A DNA stretch of 63,858 nt, the filler included, from Octopus bimaculoides (taxonomy: Eukaryota): the NCBI RefSeq assembly GCF_001194135.2. It is 9 parts of 9 records of this genome, joined end to end, with 100 filler letters (N's around TTAATTAATTAA, not from the genome) between each part and the next. Parts side by side here need not be neighbours in the genome. Positions count along the whole stretch, not along the records: positions 29,309 to 48,658 come from NC_068987.1; positions 48,759 to 50,907 come from NC_068981.1; positions 51,008 to 53,208 come from NC_069004.1; 6 more parts are not named here. One strand, written 5' to 3'. Shown piece after piece: positions 39,466 to 53,140 of this stretch. The first letter of the stretch is position 1. Every line of letters begins with the position of its first letter. The notes below the pieces were generated by a model, which was not told the DNA's origin, searched no databases, and saw only the letters and a program-made list of their open reading frames with translations. Both the position numbers and the translations under genes were made by a program.

Positions 39466-40638
39466 GTGATTCCATCACATGCCAGGGGGAGAAACTAGAA
39501 GTAGTTGATAGCTTCTGCTACCTAGGTGACCAAGTCTGCAGTGGGGGTGGTTGCTCGGAGAGCATTGCCACGAGAATAAGAATAGCTTGGGCAAAGTTCA
39601 GAAAGTTCTTACCTCTACTGGTGACAAAGGGCCTCCTACTCAGAGTGAAAGGTAAATTGTATGATGTATGTGTGCAAACTGCCATGCTACATGGCAGTGA
39701 AACATGGGCCATGACTGCTGAAGACATACATAAGCTCAAAAGAAATTAAGCTAGTATCATCTGCTAGATGTGTAGTGTTAGTGTGCACACACAACAGAGT
39801 GTAAGCACCTTGAGAGAAATGTTGGACTTAAGATGTGTGGTGCTAGAGAGACGACTGTGCTAGTATGGTCATATGTTGCGTATGGATGAGGAGAGCTTTG
39901 TGAAGAAGTGTCACTCCCTAATGGTGGAAGGAGCCCGTAGAAGAAGAAGACCCAGAAAGACATGGAATGAGGTGGTGAAGCATGACCTTCGAATGTTGGG
40001 CCTCATAGAGGCAATGATGAAAGACTGAGACCTCTGGAGATATGCTGTGACTGAGAAGACCCAGCGAGTAAAGTAAAGTGAGATCACAGTCGTAGCCTAC
40101 ACCAGTGTCGCATAACCAGCCCACTCAGAAAAGTACCTTTGGATCATCGGGTGACATGCCGTGCTTGGGGAGACCTATTGAGTCAAGTAAATCAATATCA
40201 AAATCAAATGGAAATTGTAGTTGTGGCCGATGCCAGTGCTGCCTGACTGGCTCCCATGCTGGTGGCACACAATAAGAACCATTCATGCATGGGTCATTGC
40301 CACTGCCACCTGACTGGCTCCCCGTACCAGTGGCACATAAAAAGCATCATCTGAACATGGTCGATGCCAGCCCCCTTGCCTTGACTGGCTCTTGTGCCGG
40401 TGGCAAGTAAAAAGCACCATCCAAATGTGGCCGATGCCAGTGCTGCCTCACTGTGACACGTAAAAAGCACCTACTACTCTCTCAGAGTGGTTGGCGTTAG
40501 GAAGGGCATCCAGCTGTAGAAACATTGCCAGATCATACTGGAGCCTGGTGCGGCCTCCTGGCTTGCTAGTCCCCAGTTAAACTGTCCAACCCATGCCAGC
40601 ATGGAAAACGGACGTTAAACGATGATGATGATGATGAT
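39466..40638 (+). mobile_element. 5'-truncated RTE-clade LINE (RT C-terminus, 3'UTR, (GAT)n tail)
   Basis: ORF GEKLEVVDSFCYLGDQ...RIRIAWAKFRKFLPLL...KGKLYDVCVQTAMLHGSETW is typical of the RTE reverse-transcriptase C-terminus. It is followed by a 3'UTR with about four ~60-bp tandem units and the tail ...catggaaaacggacgttaaacgatgatgat. Confidence 0.9.
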
Positions 40639-41023
40639 ACATATATATCTTTTAAATTTGTTATATTGCCTAATGAAATGAATCCATGAAGATGATGTAC
40701 CTGATGCCCACAGATACTACAGACTACACTGTAATCATCCCAGGACTGTGATCTTAAGAGAAATGTGACTTGTGGAAACATGTGTAGCAATGCATTAAAT
40801 GTTTGTAAATTCCATCCAAGGATTATTGTTGTTGTTACTATATATATATATATATATTTATATATAAATTGATAGATAGATAGATAGATAGATAGATAGA
40901 CAGACACACACATAAGCACACACAGATACACACACACATACTCATGCACACACATACACATACACACAAANNNNNNNNNNTACACACACACATACTCATG
41001 CACACACATACACATACACACAA

Positions 41024-41063
<40 letters not shown>

Positions 41064-41452
41064 ACACAGATGCAAATAAAAAGAACAACGAACCATTGAT
41101 TATACACAGGTTACTACAAGTTGCCGATCTTCATATAATATTCTTTTAGATCCATTCTGAATAAAAATAAATGACTTTGAGAGAATGCCCTTGAAATACA
41201 TAAAGCATGTAATAATCAATAGTTTGTATGACTTTATATGCATGCATGAAAGTATGTGTGAATGCATGCATCTATGTGTGCTTGAATTTTTGCATGCAAG
41301 AATGCATGTATGCATGACCACACTTATGCATGGATTTATAAATTCATACATGTATGTATGTACATATATATGCATTTTTATGCGGATGGCTGGATGGATG
41401 GACATGGAAATTATATTTGATATCATTTCATGAAGCAAGCCTAAAAAAAATA

Positions 41453-43116
41453 CAATGGGTGGGGGGGCTGAAAAGTTCATAGGCTGACTATGAAGGAGTG
41501 ATGCTAAAGCTGTGAAATCATGCATGCAATAATTTCACTTCTTCTTATTAATAACTGTATTGTTTCTTTCCAGGTAAACTGACATCTGACTGTTCAAAGA
41601 ACACTTCAAAAGTAACTAGCAACAATTTCTCTTGAAAATGAACAAAATTTGGCATCATGGTTTTATGAAGTGCCAGTAGAAAAAAGGGTTTAGCTCCAAA
41701 GGACATTCATGCTGACATAAGGGGATGGCACTTCAGTTTTATCAACAGTTTTATATAAGCGCAGGAATGGCTGTGTGGTAGGTAGCTTGCTTACCAAACA
41801 CATGGTTCCGGGTTCATTCCCACTGCATGGCACCTTGGGCAAGTGTCTTCTACTATAGCCTCAGGCCAACCAAAGCCTTGTGAGTGGATTTGGTAGACGG
41901 AAACTGAAAGAAGCCCGTCGTATATATATGTATATATGTATGTTTGTGCATATGTTTGTGTGTCTGTGTTTGTCCCCCCAACATCGCTTAACAACCGATG
42001 CTGGTGTGTTTACGTCCCCGTAACTTAGTGGTTTGGCAAAAGAGACCGATGGAATAAGTACTAGGCTTCCAAAGAATAGGTCCTGGGGTCGATTTGCTTG
42101 ACTAAAGGTGGTGCTCCAGCATGGCCACAGTCAAATGACTGAAACAAGTAAAAGAGTAAAGTGCAAAAGTAGGCAGCTGAATTTAGGAGGGGAAGGGAGA
42201 ATCTTGAAGAAGACCTAATGTCTAGATGTCCTTCAACTGTCACCACTGAGGAAAACATTGGTCTTGTTCTCCTCATGGTGATGGCTGACAGGTGATTGAC
42301 TATAACTCAAATAGCCAATGCTACAAGCATATCCTGTGAGAGACTTTGGCATGACAAAGGTTTCTGTTTGATGAGTAAAACATCTGACACCTGATCAAAC
42401 GCACACCAGGCTGATCTTGTCACAGTGAAATCTGACATTGCTTGAGGCAGATCCATCTAGTTTCCTTGAACGTTTCCTAAACCAGGATGAGTGTTCGGTC
42501 CATCATTTTGAGCCAGAGACAGAGACAATCTATGCAGTGGAAACACCTTTTCCTCACCTTCTCCAAGAAAAGCCAAGGTTGTTTCATTTACTGGGAAGGT
42601 AATGGCCTCAGTTTTTGAAATGCAAAAGACTGTGTGTACTATCTTCAAAAAACTACACCATCAATGGAGACTAAAATGCTAACTTGCTGAGGCAGTTACG
42701 AAAGGCTATCAAGACCAAATGCCAAGGAAAACTGATGAAAGGAGTCTTGTTTCATTTGAACAATGCTCTTTGGGTTCAGTGTTCATTAGAACAAGTCTTT
42801 GGGTTCAGTGGCTAATGTGGCAGCTGTGACTTTGAACTGGTTGATTACCTTCCTTATTCTCCTGATTTTGCCCCATCTCACTATCATTGCTTTCCCAACA
42901 TGAGAAAACACTTGACTGGGAAGCAGTATCACAGTGATGATGACATCATGTCTGCTACTGAATATTATTTTGACCAACAAGATGAAAGCTTCTTCACCAA
43001 TGAGATCCAAGGACTGCAACATCAATGAAAGAAGTGTGTGGACTACAAGGGAGACTATGTTGAAAAATAAATATCATCTGGTCATTCGAGTATCTTGGTC
43101 AGCTTTGAACTTTGAG
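41453..43116 (+). mobile_element. Decayed mariner transposon interrupted by a CORE-type SINE
   Basis: Degenerate ends (ctgaaaagttcataggctgac / ggtcagctttgaactttgag). Frameshifted transposase remnants include PYSPDFAPSHYH from 42852 and a terminal KGDYVEK*. A SINE is inserted at 41757-42159. Confidence 0.8.
41757..42159 (+). mobile_element. CORE-type SINE inserted in a mariner
   Basis: Full-length copy. Mariner sequence resumes on both sides. Confidence 0.9.
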
Positions 43117-43137
43117 TATTAATATATATGACTTCCA

Positions 43138-43457
43138 GAGGCGCAATGGCCCAGTGGTTAGGGCAGCAGACACGCGATCATAGGATCGCAGTTTCGATTC
43201 CCAGACCGGGTGTTGTGAGTGTTTATTGAGCGAAAAACACCTGAAGCTCCACTCTTACTTCCTGTTTCTGTTGTACCTGTATTTCAAAGGGTCAGCCTTG
43301 TCACACTGTGTATCGCTGAATATCCCCGAGAACTACGTTAAGGGTGCACGTGTCTGTGGAGTGCTCAGCCACTTGCACGTTAATTTCATGAGCAGGCTGT
43401 TCCGTTGATCGGATCAGCTGGGACCCTCGATGTCGTAAGCGACGGAGTGCCAACAAC
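43138..43457 (+). mobile_element. SINE family C, 12-bp TSD
   Basis: TSD atatgacttcca at 43126-43137 and 43458-43469. Has an internal deletion. Confidence 0.92.
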
Positions 43458-43475
43458 ATATGACTTCCATGCATA

Positions 43476-44050
43476 AAGGCATGTGACTTAGTGGTTTGGG
43501 TATTTGGCTAACAATTGTAAGGTCATGAGTTCAATTCCCAGTGATGCAAGACACTTTATTTCACATTGCTCCTGTTCACTCAGCTGGCAAAAATGAGTTG
43601 TACCAGTAATTCAAAGGGTCAGCCTTGTCGCAATCTGTGTCATGCTGAATTCCCCTGAGAACTACATTAAGGGTAAGCATGTCTGTGGAGTGGTCAGTCA
43701 CTTGCATGTTAATTTCATTAGCAGGCTAATCCATTGATCAGATCAACTGGAACCCTTGTCGTTATAACTGACAAAGTGCCAGTAGTATATGACTCTACAA
43801 AAATATTTATTCATAACCATACCACCATCAGTGGAAGCACATGGCCTAGTGGTTAGAGCAGCAAACTTGTGGTCGAGGGATCGTGAGTTCAAATCTCAGT
43901 TTGCCACAACTTTCTCTCACTCTTTCCTCCTGCAGCTAGCAGCTCACCTGTGACGGACCGGAGTCCCATCTAGGTGGGGAATCTATAAGCCATTGAAACC
44001 AGGAAACTGGCCCTTATGAGCCAGGCATCACTCAAGAAGGAGCAAACAAC
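43476..44050 (+). mobile_element. Old family C-related SINE (43476-43790) and V-like SINE (43832-44050)
   Basis: Homologous to the 29433-30003 cluster. Confidence 0.6.
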
Positions 44051-44435
44051 AAAACAACATACCATCATCATCATCAACACAATAATTTAATGAGTCGGAC
44101 TGAATTTGTCAAAGCATATTTTCAACAGCTAGATGACCTTTCTGTCACCAATTCTCATCTGTTTCCAAGTAAGGTAATATTCCCTGTCACCAGACATGTT
44201 TATCATGGAAAATTGGAAATTAAGTGCACAGTTTGTATGATGTTGACATTTCCTTACAATTATCACATGGCATCAGGGAGACATTAACACACACATATAT
44301 ACATGAGGACCTTCTTTCAGTTACTATCTACCAAATCCATTCATAATTCTTTAGTCAGTTTTGGGGCTATAGTAAGGACTAAACACAAGACAATGTGGTT
44401 GAGAAGCAAACTTCATACTACACACGTGTAGTATG

Positions 44436-44476
<41 letters not shown>

Positions 44477-44534
44477 TTGAGTGTGAGCATGCACATTTTT
44501 CTACCTTGACGAGTTTCAACTTTATAATGATTTA

Positions 44535-45565
44535 TCAGATCATCCCATAAGTTCTGTCCAAATTTTGAATAAAGAAAACAAGTGATCAAATGTTATATTT
44601 AATTGAAATTTAATCATCAATGTACTTTCCTTGATTATCTATGACTTCCATCTATTTACAAGCTTTTTAATCCCATCAATGTAAAACTCGTTACATTTCA
44701 AAGCAAAGAACTCTGAAATATCTGTTTCGACCTCCTCCTAGCTTGCAAAAGTTATGTCCCCCAAATGATTCTGTAAACTACGAAACAAAGGGTGGTCTGA
44801 AGGAGCAAGGTCGGGAGAATAAGGTGGATGAGGAATTTTTTCCCAACCAAGCTCTTCGATCTTCTGTGATCTGATCTTTGCAGTGTGGGGCTGCGCATTG
44901 TCCTGATGAAACATAACTCATTTTCAATTCACTAAAGCGGGTCTTTTTTTCTTCAAAGCTTGGTTCAAACGCTCTAATTACTGACAGTAGACTTGAGCAT
45001 TGATTGTTGCATTAGGTGGTAACAATTCAAAATGAATTACTCCTTTGCAATCCCCCAAGATAGAGAGAAGAATCTTTCTTCCATGAAGTTCCCTTCTTGG
45101 TTGTGGTTGAGCTTTTTTCCTTTTACCAAGCCACTGTTTACAACATTTAACATTGCGATAGAAGACCCAGTTTTGATCACCAGTCACAAGTCTGTCCAAA
45201 AAGGGTGAAATGAGTTCAAGAGAATGGAGAGAAGAGCAGATGTCAACTTGGGATTTCCAAGTTGTTGAAGATGACGATGAACAGTTGTATGGTTTGAACT
45301 AAGCTTTATTGCTAATTCTTCAACTGATAATGCAAGATTTTCTTCAAGTAATGCCTCAAGTAGCTTATCATCAAACTTCACTGGACGTCCTGTTCAATCT
45401 TCATCTTCAAAGCTGAAATCTCCACTTCTGAATTTTGCAAACCATCTTCTGCAAGTTCTTTCATTCCAGTATTCTTTCCCATAAACTGAGTGTATGTTTC
45501 GAGTCACTTTGGCTGCAGAGTTTCCTTTTTTGTACTCATAAAGCATTATGTGCCTAAAAACGCAC
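44535..45565 (-). mobile_element. Mariner transposase pseudogene; 5' end lost in an assembly gap
   Basis: Minus-strand remnants: LLEALLEENLALSVEELA (HTH), LVTGDQNWVFY, FELLPPNATINAQVYCQ, HQDNAQPH and PPYSPDLAPSDH. TA followed by a TIR-like end at 44533-44560. Confidence 0.88.
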
Positions 45566-46299
45566 NNNNNNNNNNNNNNNNNNNNNNNNNNNNNNNNNNN
45601 NNNNNNNNNNNNNNNNNNNNNNNNNNNNNNNNNNNNNNNNNNNNNNNNNNNNNNNNNNNNNNNNNNNNNNNNNNNNNNNNNNNNNNNNNNNNNNNNNNNN
45701 NNNNNNNNNNNNNNNNNNNNNNNNNNNNNNNNNNNNNNNNNNNNNNNNNNNNNNNNNNNNNNNNNNNNNNNNNNNNNNNNNNNNNNNNNNNNNNNNNNNN
45801 NNNNNNNNNNNNNNNNNNNNNNNNNNNNNNNNNNNNNNNNNNNNNNNNNNNNNNNNNNNNNNNNNNNNNNNNNNNNNNNNNNNNNNNNNNNNNNNNNNNN
45901 NNNNNNNNNNNNNNNNNNNNNNNNNNNNNNNNNNNNNNNNNNNNNNNNNNNNNNNNNNNNNNNNNNNNNNNNNNNNNNNNNNNNNNNNNNNNNNNNNNNN
46001 NNNNNNNNNNNNNNNNNNNNNNNNNNNNNNNNNNNNNNNNNNNNNNNNNNNNNNNNNNNNNNNNNNNNNNNNNNNNNNNNNNNNNNNNNNNNNNNNNNNN
46101 NNNNNNNNNNNNNNNNNNNNNNNNNNNNNNNNNNNNNNNNNNNNNNNNNNNNNNNNNNNNNNNNNNNNNNNNNNNNNNNNNNNNNNNNNNNNNNNNNNNN
46201 NNNNNNNNNNNNNNNNNNNNNNNNNNAGGAAGAATGGAAAAGTCTTCATTATGTTGAACCATTAATATCTACACATGTTTCTTCTCTCTCCATTTATTT

Positions 46300-46462
46300 T
46301 CATTCTCTCTCCTTTTTTTTTTTTACCTCTCAATCCTTTCTATCAAAGAGTGCAGGCTCGAAACATCAAAGACTTTTCCATTCTTCTTGTGTGTCTTACT
46401 AATACACCTGCTTGTTGTTCCTTCACTTGTCTTCATCTTTTGTTTTCTGTAAATTTGAGCTA
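46300..46462 (+). mobile_element. Family F repeat, degenerate
   Basis: cctttctatcaaagagtgcaggctcgaaacatcaaagactttt... followed by (TA)n. Confidence 0.55.
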
Positions 46463-46670
46463 TATATATAACAAATGATAGAGGCAGAAAACTGAATATA
46501 TGAGAAACTTTATTGCTCACAACAATTGTTTTAATGCATCTTGCATTGATCCCTCATGAGTGGGGTACTGTACAACTGATTGTAGTGCATCCCTTGGTTC
46601 AGACACATCTCATCAGGTGATACTATAAAGAGGATCTTGTTAAACAAACTCTGTTTTGCTCAGTTTTAAT

Positions 46671-46764
46671 ACAGCATGTTGTTAGTGACAGTACATTTAA
46701 GTAACAGCATGTTTTAGTGACAGTATGTTTGATACATCATGTTGTTAGTGACATTATGTTTAAG
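46671..46764. repeat. Minisatellite, three copies of ~31 bp
   Basis: aca(g/t)catgttgttagtgaca(g/t)ta repeated three times. Confidence 0.75.
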
Positions 46765-46936
46765 TCATTGGGCAGGAATGGAGAGGAACAGATTCCGTTG
46801 TGACTTTATAGACAAAGACAGAGAATAATTAAGGAAAATAGAACAAAAAATCAATATAAAACATACAATAAAGTAAAACATTATTCACGTTGGTACACAC
46901 ATATAGTTACTTCCAAACCCGCACTTGCTGTCCTAT

Positions 46937-46979
<43 letters not shown>

Positions 46980-46984
46980 TCTCC

Positions 46985-47468
46985 CATAAAAAGCACCCTT
47001 TAAACATTAGGTCTCATGGAAGCAATGATAAGTGACCAAAACCTTTGGCAATATGTCATGTTTCAGAAAACTCATCAAGCCAATTGAAATCATAGTCATG
47101 ACTAATGTTGGTGTCATGCAACTGGCACCTGTGCTGGTGGCACATAAAAAGCACCCTTCAAATACTGGGTCTCATGGAGGCAATGATAAGTGACTGAGAC
47201 CTTTGGCGATATACCATGCTTGAGAAAACCAATCAAGCCACGTAAAATTGTAGTCATGGCCGATTCTGGTGTCACATAACTGGCATGTAAAAAGCACCCA
47301 TTACACTTTTAGAATGGTTGGCATTAGAAAGGGTATCCAGCTGTAGAAACCTTGCCAAATCAGATTGGAACCTAGTGTAGCCCTCCAGATTACCAACTTC
47401 AATCAAACCATCTAACATCTAACCCATACCAGCATGGAAAGCAGACACTTAATAATGATGATGATGAT
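46985..47468 (+). mobile_element. RTE 3'UTR fragment with ~157-bp tandem duplication
   Basis: ataaaaagcacccttaaacattaggtctcatgg... occurs at ~46987 and again at ~47144, followed by the RTE tail and (GAT)n. Confidence 0.75.
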
Positions 47469-47503
47469 TATATATATATATATATATATGTACACACGAT
47501 GCG

Positions 47504-47540
<37 letters not shown>

Positions 47541-48291
47541 GCAGAGGGTGTGTGAGAGAGAGAGGAAGAATAATTTTAATCATAACACTTCTTTGAATTA
47601 ATTATCCATATCAGTAGATTAAAATGCTTTTGAACAAGTATATATTGAATTAGTATATAGTCACACAAATTGTTGTGCTTGTCTATGAAGCTAATATTTT
47701 TATATTTGACCATTCACCTATGCATTTGTGTATACATAAATGAGATTATGTGTTTTTGTATGTTTGAGTGCTTATGTATTCACTTGCATAATTGTATATC
47801 TGTGTATGTACATGTATTTGTGTGTGCATCATCTTGTGTATGTGTCTGTGCATTTGTATGTGTGTGTATGTGTGCATTTGTGCATGTGTGTGTGTTTGTC
47901 AGTGTCTATTAGCACATGCACAAAAAAATTATCACATATAATTATGCTTTGTATTTATCACTAATTAAATTCGTTCTCTACAGAATAATAGGAAGTTGTT
48001 TAAATTAATATTTGTTTATAAATTAACTCAAATAGCTTGCTAAAACATACATACCCCATTCTTTACCTTATTTCCATCATCTCTTGCAAGTTTGCCAGCT
48101 CAATTTTATGATAAAAATCACATAAAATTTTCATAAAGTAACAAACTGTGTTAGAAAGTAGCTTCAAATGAAAATGCTGCTCCTAAATAACACCCTCCTT
48201 TTTGATTTCTTTTTTTTCTGTCTTAGAAAATTTATTTGGATTTATATATTTTAAATATTTGAGAATGTGAGTTTTGCAACTCTCTCTCTCT

Positions 48292-48658
48292 CTTTACTCT
48301 TTTACTTGTTTCAGTCATTTGTCTGTGGCCATGCTGGAGCACCGACTTTAGTCGAGCAAATCGACCCCAGGACTTGTTCTTTTGTAAGCCTAGTACTTAT
48401 TTTATCGGTCTCTTTTGCTGAACCGCTAAGTTTCGGGGACGTAAGCATATCAGCATCGGTTGTCAAGCGATGTTGGGGGAACAAACACAGACACACAAAC
48501 ACACACACACATATACATATACATATATACGACGGGCTTCTTTCAGTTTCCGTCTACCAAATCCACTCACAAGGCTTTGGTCGGCCCGAGACTATAGTAG
48601 AAGACACTTGCCCAAGGTGCCATGCAGTGGGAATGAACCCAGAACCATGTGGTTGGTA
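48292..48658 (-). mobile_element. CORE-type SINE cut by a linker
   Basis: Same family. The head is truncated at the N linker. Confidence 0.9.
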
Positions 48659-48847
48659 NNNNNNNNNNNNNNNNNNNNNNNNNNNNNNNNNNNNNNNNNN
48701 NNTTAATTAATTAANNNNNNNNNNNNNNNNNNNNNNNNNNNNNNNNNNNNNNNNNNNNGGCTACCGAATAATTGTCATATATTTTTACAGATAAATTCCT
48801 CTATTTACATATCGAGGTCTCTTTCTTTCTTTTGGTGTCTTTTCTAT

Positions 48848-48886
<39 letters not shown>

Positions 48887-48889
<3 letters not shown>

Positions 48890-49060
48890 GTGTTTACATC
48901 CCCATAACTTAGCAGTTCAGCAAAATAGACTGATAGAATAAGTACAAGGCTTAAGAAATGAACCCTGGGGTCGATTTGTTTGATTAAAGCCCTTTGATGT
49001 GGTGCTCCAGCATGGTCACAGTCAATGACTGAAGCCAGTAAAAGAATAAAAGAATTAAAG
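48887..49060 (+). mobile_element. CORE-type SINE 3' half
   Basis: gtgtttacatccccataacttagc...ggtgctccagcatggtcacagtc. Further diverged 3' halves lie at ~33325-33505 (+), ~52460-52640 (-) and ~56590-56790 (+). Confidence 0.7.
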
Positions 49061-49240
49061 GATATATATATGGTCTTTCCTTCATAAGGCACCGGTCAGC
49101 CAAAGGCTACACTTGAAAGCAATTCCCCAAAATGCATCATAGCATGACCAAAAAAAAGTACATGACAACCTTCTCCACCACACAGCTATGCGTTCTTCTA
49201 CAGACATACTTACATACACACACACACACATACATACATT

Positions 49241-49283
<43 letters not shown>

Positions 49284-49894
49284 NNNNNNNNNNNNNNNNN
49301 NNNNNNNNNNNNNNNNNNNNNNNNNNNNNNNNNNNNNNNNNNNNNNNNNNNNNNNNNNNNNNNNNNNNNNNNNNNNNNNNNNNNNNNNNNNNNNNNNNNN
49401 NNNNNNNNNNNNNNNNNNNNNNNNNNNNNNNNNNNNNNNNNNNNNNNNNNNNNNNNNNNNNNNNNNNNNNNNNNNNNNNNNNNNNNNNNNNNNNNNNNNN
49501 NNNNNNNNNNNNNNNNNNNNNNNNNNNNNNNNNNNNNNNNNNNNNNNNNNNNNNNNNNNNNNNNNNNNNNNNNNNNNNNNNNNNNNNNNNNNNNNNNNNN
49601 NNNNNNNNNNNNNNNNNNNNNNNNNNNNNNNNNNNNNNNNNNNNNNNNNNNNNNNNNNNNNNNNNNNNNNNNNNNNNNNNNNNNNNNNNNNNNNNNNNNN
49701 NNNNNNNNNNNNNNNNNNNNNNNNNNNNNNNNNNNNNNNNNNNNNNGCTTGAGTGTTGTATCTGGCGCCTAAATATATGTTTTTCTTTGCCTTGACTGAT
49801 ACGTTTATTGTTAACAAAACTGTCTTCATTATGGAAGCATCATTATTGTTCCATACCACAAGGCCACAGCTGAAAGAATCTTCTTCTCATTTAT

Positions 49895-50345
49895 ATTCTT
49901 CTTCTTCTTCTTCTTCTTCTTCTTCTTCTTCTTCTTCTACTATTACTACTATTACTATTACTGCTGCTGCTGTTTTATTTTTTTAAATACTGTTTGTTTT
50001 TAAGATTTTATTTTTATTCGCCACTATCATCATCATCATCAGCAACAGCAGCAGCATCATTACCATCATCGTTGTCATCATCATCATCATCATCAACACT
50101 ATCACAATTGTTATCATCCTCCTCCTCATCATCATCATCATTACCATCATCACTCCCACCACCACCTTCACCACCATCATCCTTATCATCAGCATCATTA
50201 TCACCACCACCATTGTGATCGCTCATCAGCACCACCACAGCTACCACTACCACCAGCATCATCATCACCATGCCGACCACCACCGCCACCAACAACAACA
50301 ACATCATTATCATCATTAACATCACCATCATCATAATCATCAGTA
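49895..50345. repeat. Compound trinucleotide repeat (TTC, CAT, CAC, CAA)
   Basis: Direct inspection. Source of the poly-S/poly-D ORFs. Confidence 0.9.
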
Positions 50346-50868
50346 TATTAAGCATATTCTTCAGGGTTTCCCAACATTTTTATTTTTTATTTTATTTTTT
50401 TATTTCATTTTATTCATTTATTTTTCCCTCTTTAGTAGCTTTTATTATTTGTTTATCAATTTATTTTTTGCGGGGGTGGGTACTGTTTTCCTTTATGGCA
50501 TGCCAATTCAATCATGCTAGGGGAAGTTACAACACAAGAATTGCGACGGCATGGAGAAGGGCTGCCTATTTTCTAGACAACGGCTCCTTTCTCAATAATG
50601 GTGCCACTACACAAAAATCAACTCACTGGATTTTCTAACACATCAACATATCTCTACATTTCTATCTTAGCATTTTCTTATTTGTTTTCCTGATTTTGTT
50701 TTTGTTTGTTTGTTTTATTTTGAAGTAGATGTCTTGCACTAAACATGTTTCTGAATGAGTGTGTGTAAGAGCTTATACATATACATACATATATACATAC
50801 ATATATACAGAGACACACACATACATATATACATACATATATGGACAAATATATACCTACCTACACAC

Positions 50869-50907
<39 letters not shown>

Positions 50908-51007
50908 NNNNNNNNNNNNNNNNNNNNNNNNNNNNNNNNNNNNNNNNNNNNTTAATTAATTAANNNNNNNNNNNNNNNNNNNNNNNNNNNNNNNNNNNNN
51001 NNNNNNN

Positions 51008-51150
51008 CCCACAGGTCAGAAATTGTTGGGCATTGGACGAGTGTGCGCAGAACGGTTTCCTTGACCACGAAGGCAAGTGCTTCCTCTCCCTCTTACTCCA
51101 GTCAGAAGCGCATGCTCAGAGCAGGCCCGTTCACACGAACCATGTTCGCC
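51008..51150 (-). mobile_element. Tx1/L1-like LINE fragment
   Basis: Minus strand encodes STC...ETVLRTLVQCPTISDLW, the same domain as 28414-28746. Confidence 0.55.
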
Positions 51151-51483
51151 ATTCTCATCCACCTATCAATATATATATATATATATATATACACATGCAC
51201 ACAAGAGTTAAGGAATGGAGTAGATAAGACTACATAGTAGGCTACATATGTTTCATAGCAAGCGGAACCTCCGCAGTGGTAAATACCCACAGGCAACTCT
51301 TCAGGCCAAGGATATCTTGATTAAATGAAAGTTTACCTTTGTTGCAAAGAGGCACATGTTAACAGATGGAAGATTCAATCAGAATGTGTAGAGAGCAGAG
51401 GAGGAGAGGAGAGTATAAATGAAGAGAGAAATTGGGAATAGAAGAAGGAAAAAAAGGAAAAAAAAACATAAGGGAGTGAGAAG

Positions 51484-51669
51484 AATGAGGAATTTGAGGA
51501 AGGACGTTTGACCGGTTGCATTCAATAAGGCTATTTGATATATATATATATCAATATATAGATATCAATATATATATATCAATATATATATATCAATATA
51601 TATATATCAATATATCAATATATATATATCAATGCAACCGGTCAAACGACCTTCCTCAAATTCCTCATT
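51484..51669. repeat. Foldback element: 39-bp inverted repeats around a (TA)nTCAA microsatellite
   Basis: Arms at 51484-51522 and 51631-51669 differ by one mismatch. Confidence 0.85.
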
Positions 51670-51723
51670 TCTATGTATGTATGTATGTATGTATGTATGT
51701 ATGTATGTATGTATGTATGTATG

Positions 51724-51782
<59 letters not shown>

Positions 51783-51883
51783 ATTTATCTATCTATCTCT
51801 CATCTATACATATATATATGTGTGTCTGTATGTGTATGCTTACACATTCACATATATATTTTTCATAGATATATACATGTATC

Positions 51884-51948
<65 letters not shown>

Positions 51949-52745
51949 TCCTGTGTCCTGCAGGCGTTCGTGCGTTTCTGTTGTGCACATACGCACATAT
52001 ACACAATACGTACAAATGCACATACACATATACACAAATGCACATACTCACGTATGCAACTTCTGTTCGTGCTTCCATTTTATATCCCACTTCAACGAAA
52101 CGGATCACCGACGATCTTCTCTGACACTATTTGTGCGAAACATTTACGAACGTGCTCAATGGGTCATTTGATAAACTTTAATGACAGCTTCCATGTTAGT
52201 TTGTTCATTTTTCAACCAGACGATACGATTCCTATCAAGTTTCATTGAAATTGAAGGATCGTCTGCTAATCAAACTTGTTTAACTAAGCATCTCTTCATT
52301 GATTTCTGTCAGGTTGAAAATTTCTTTGTGCCGCATCTTTGGAAATTGGAATTGATGTACAAAGTTACTTGGTCAGTGTTTTCATGGAATCTTGTCTTTC
52401 TCTTACAATTTTCGTCGTCTCTATTCGTGAATGTATCCACAATTTTAAATTTATGTAACTTCTTTTACTTGTTTCAATCACTGGACTGTGGTCATGCTGG
52501 AGCACACTGTCTTGAATGACTTTAGTCAAACAAATGGATCCCAGTGCGTCTCTTTAAGTTTTTAAAATCTGGTGCCAATTGTATCAGTTTCTTTTGCCGA
52601 CCGGCTAACGCACAGGGACGTAATCAAACACGGCTTGTCTAGCATAGATACAAAAGTACATAAAGACGGATACATACATACATACATACATACATACATA
52701 CATACATACATAAATACATAACAAATATATATATATATATATACA

Positions 52746-52781
<36 letters not shown>

Positions 52782-52899
52782 TGTATGTATGTATATATAA
52801 AACGTTAAAAACAATTATAATTTCTTTGAAATAAAATAGAGTTTGCCACTTTTGGAATCCTCCGCTTAGCAGGTTTTGCTTTGCGGGAAGAGCTATTCT

Positions 52900-53140
52900 A
52901 AGAGCGCGTTCTGCGTCATCTTCGATACGCCTAGTTTAGAATAGAGGCAGCTGATGAAGGAAAAGTTCCATAAGTGGCTTGTATGTTTTCCTATGTTCTG
53001 TTGTCCGTAAAAAAGTTCGTTTTTGGTGCTTTGTTATGTTCCCGTTCCTTTTTTGTCCACGTTTTTTTTTGACGTCCTGTACCCGGATATGCATCTATAT
53101 ATACGTGTAGATGTATGTACATATATGTATGTATATATGC
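52900..53140 (+). repeat. Unclassified repeat family H (second copy ~53365-53560)
   Basis: Both copies share tcttcga(a/t)acgcc, ggcagctgatgaagg, gtggc and acgtc(c/a)tgtaccc.g.tatg.atctatat. Confidence 0.6.
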
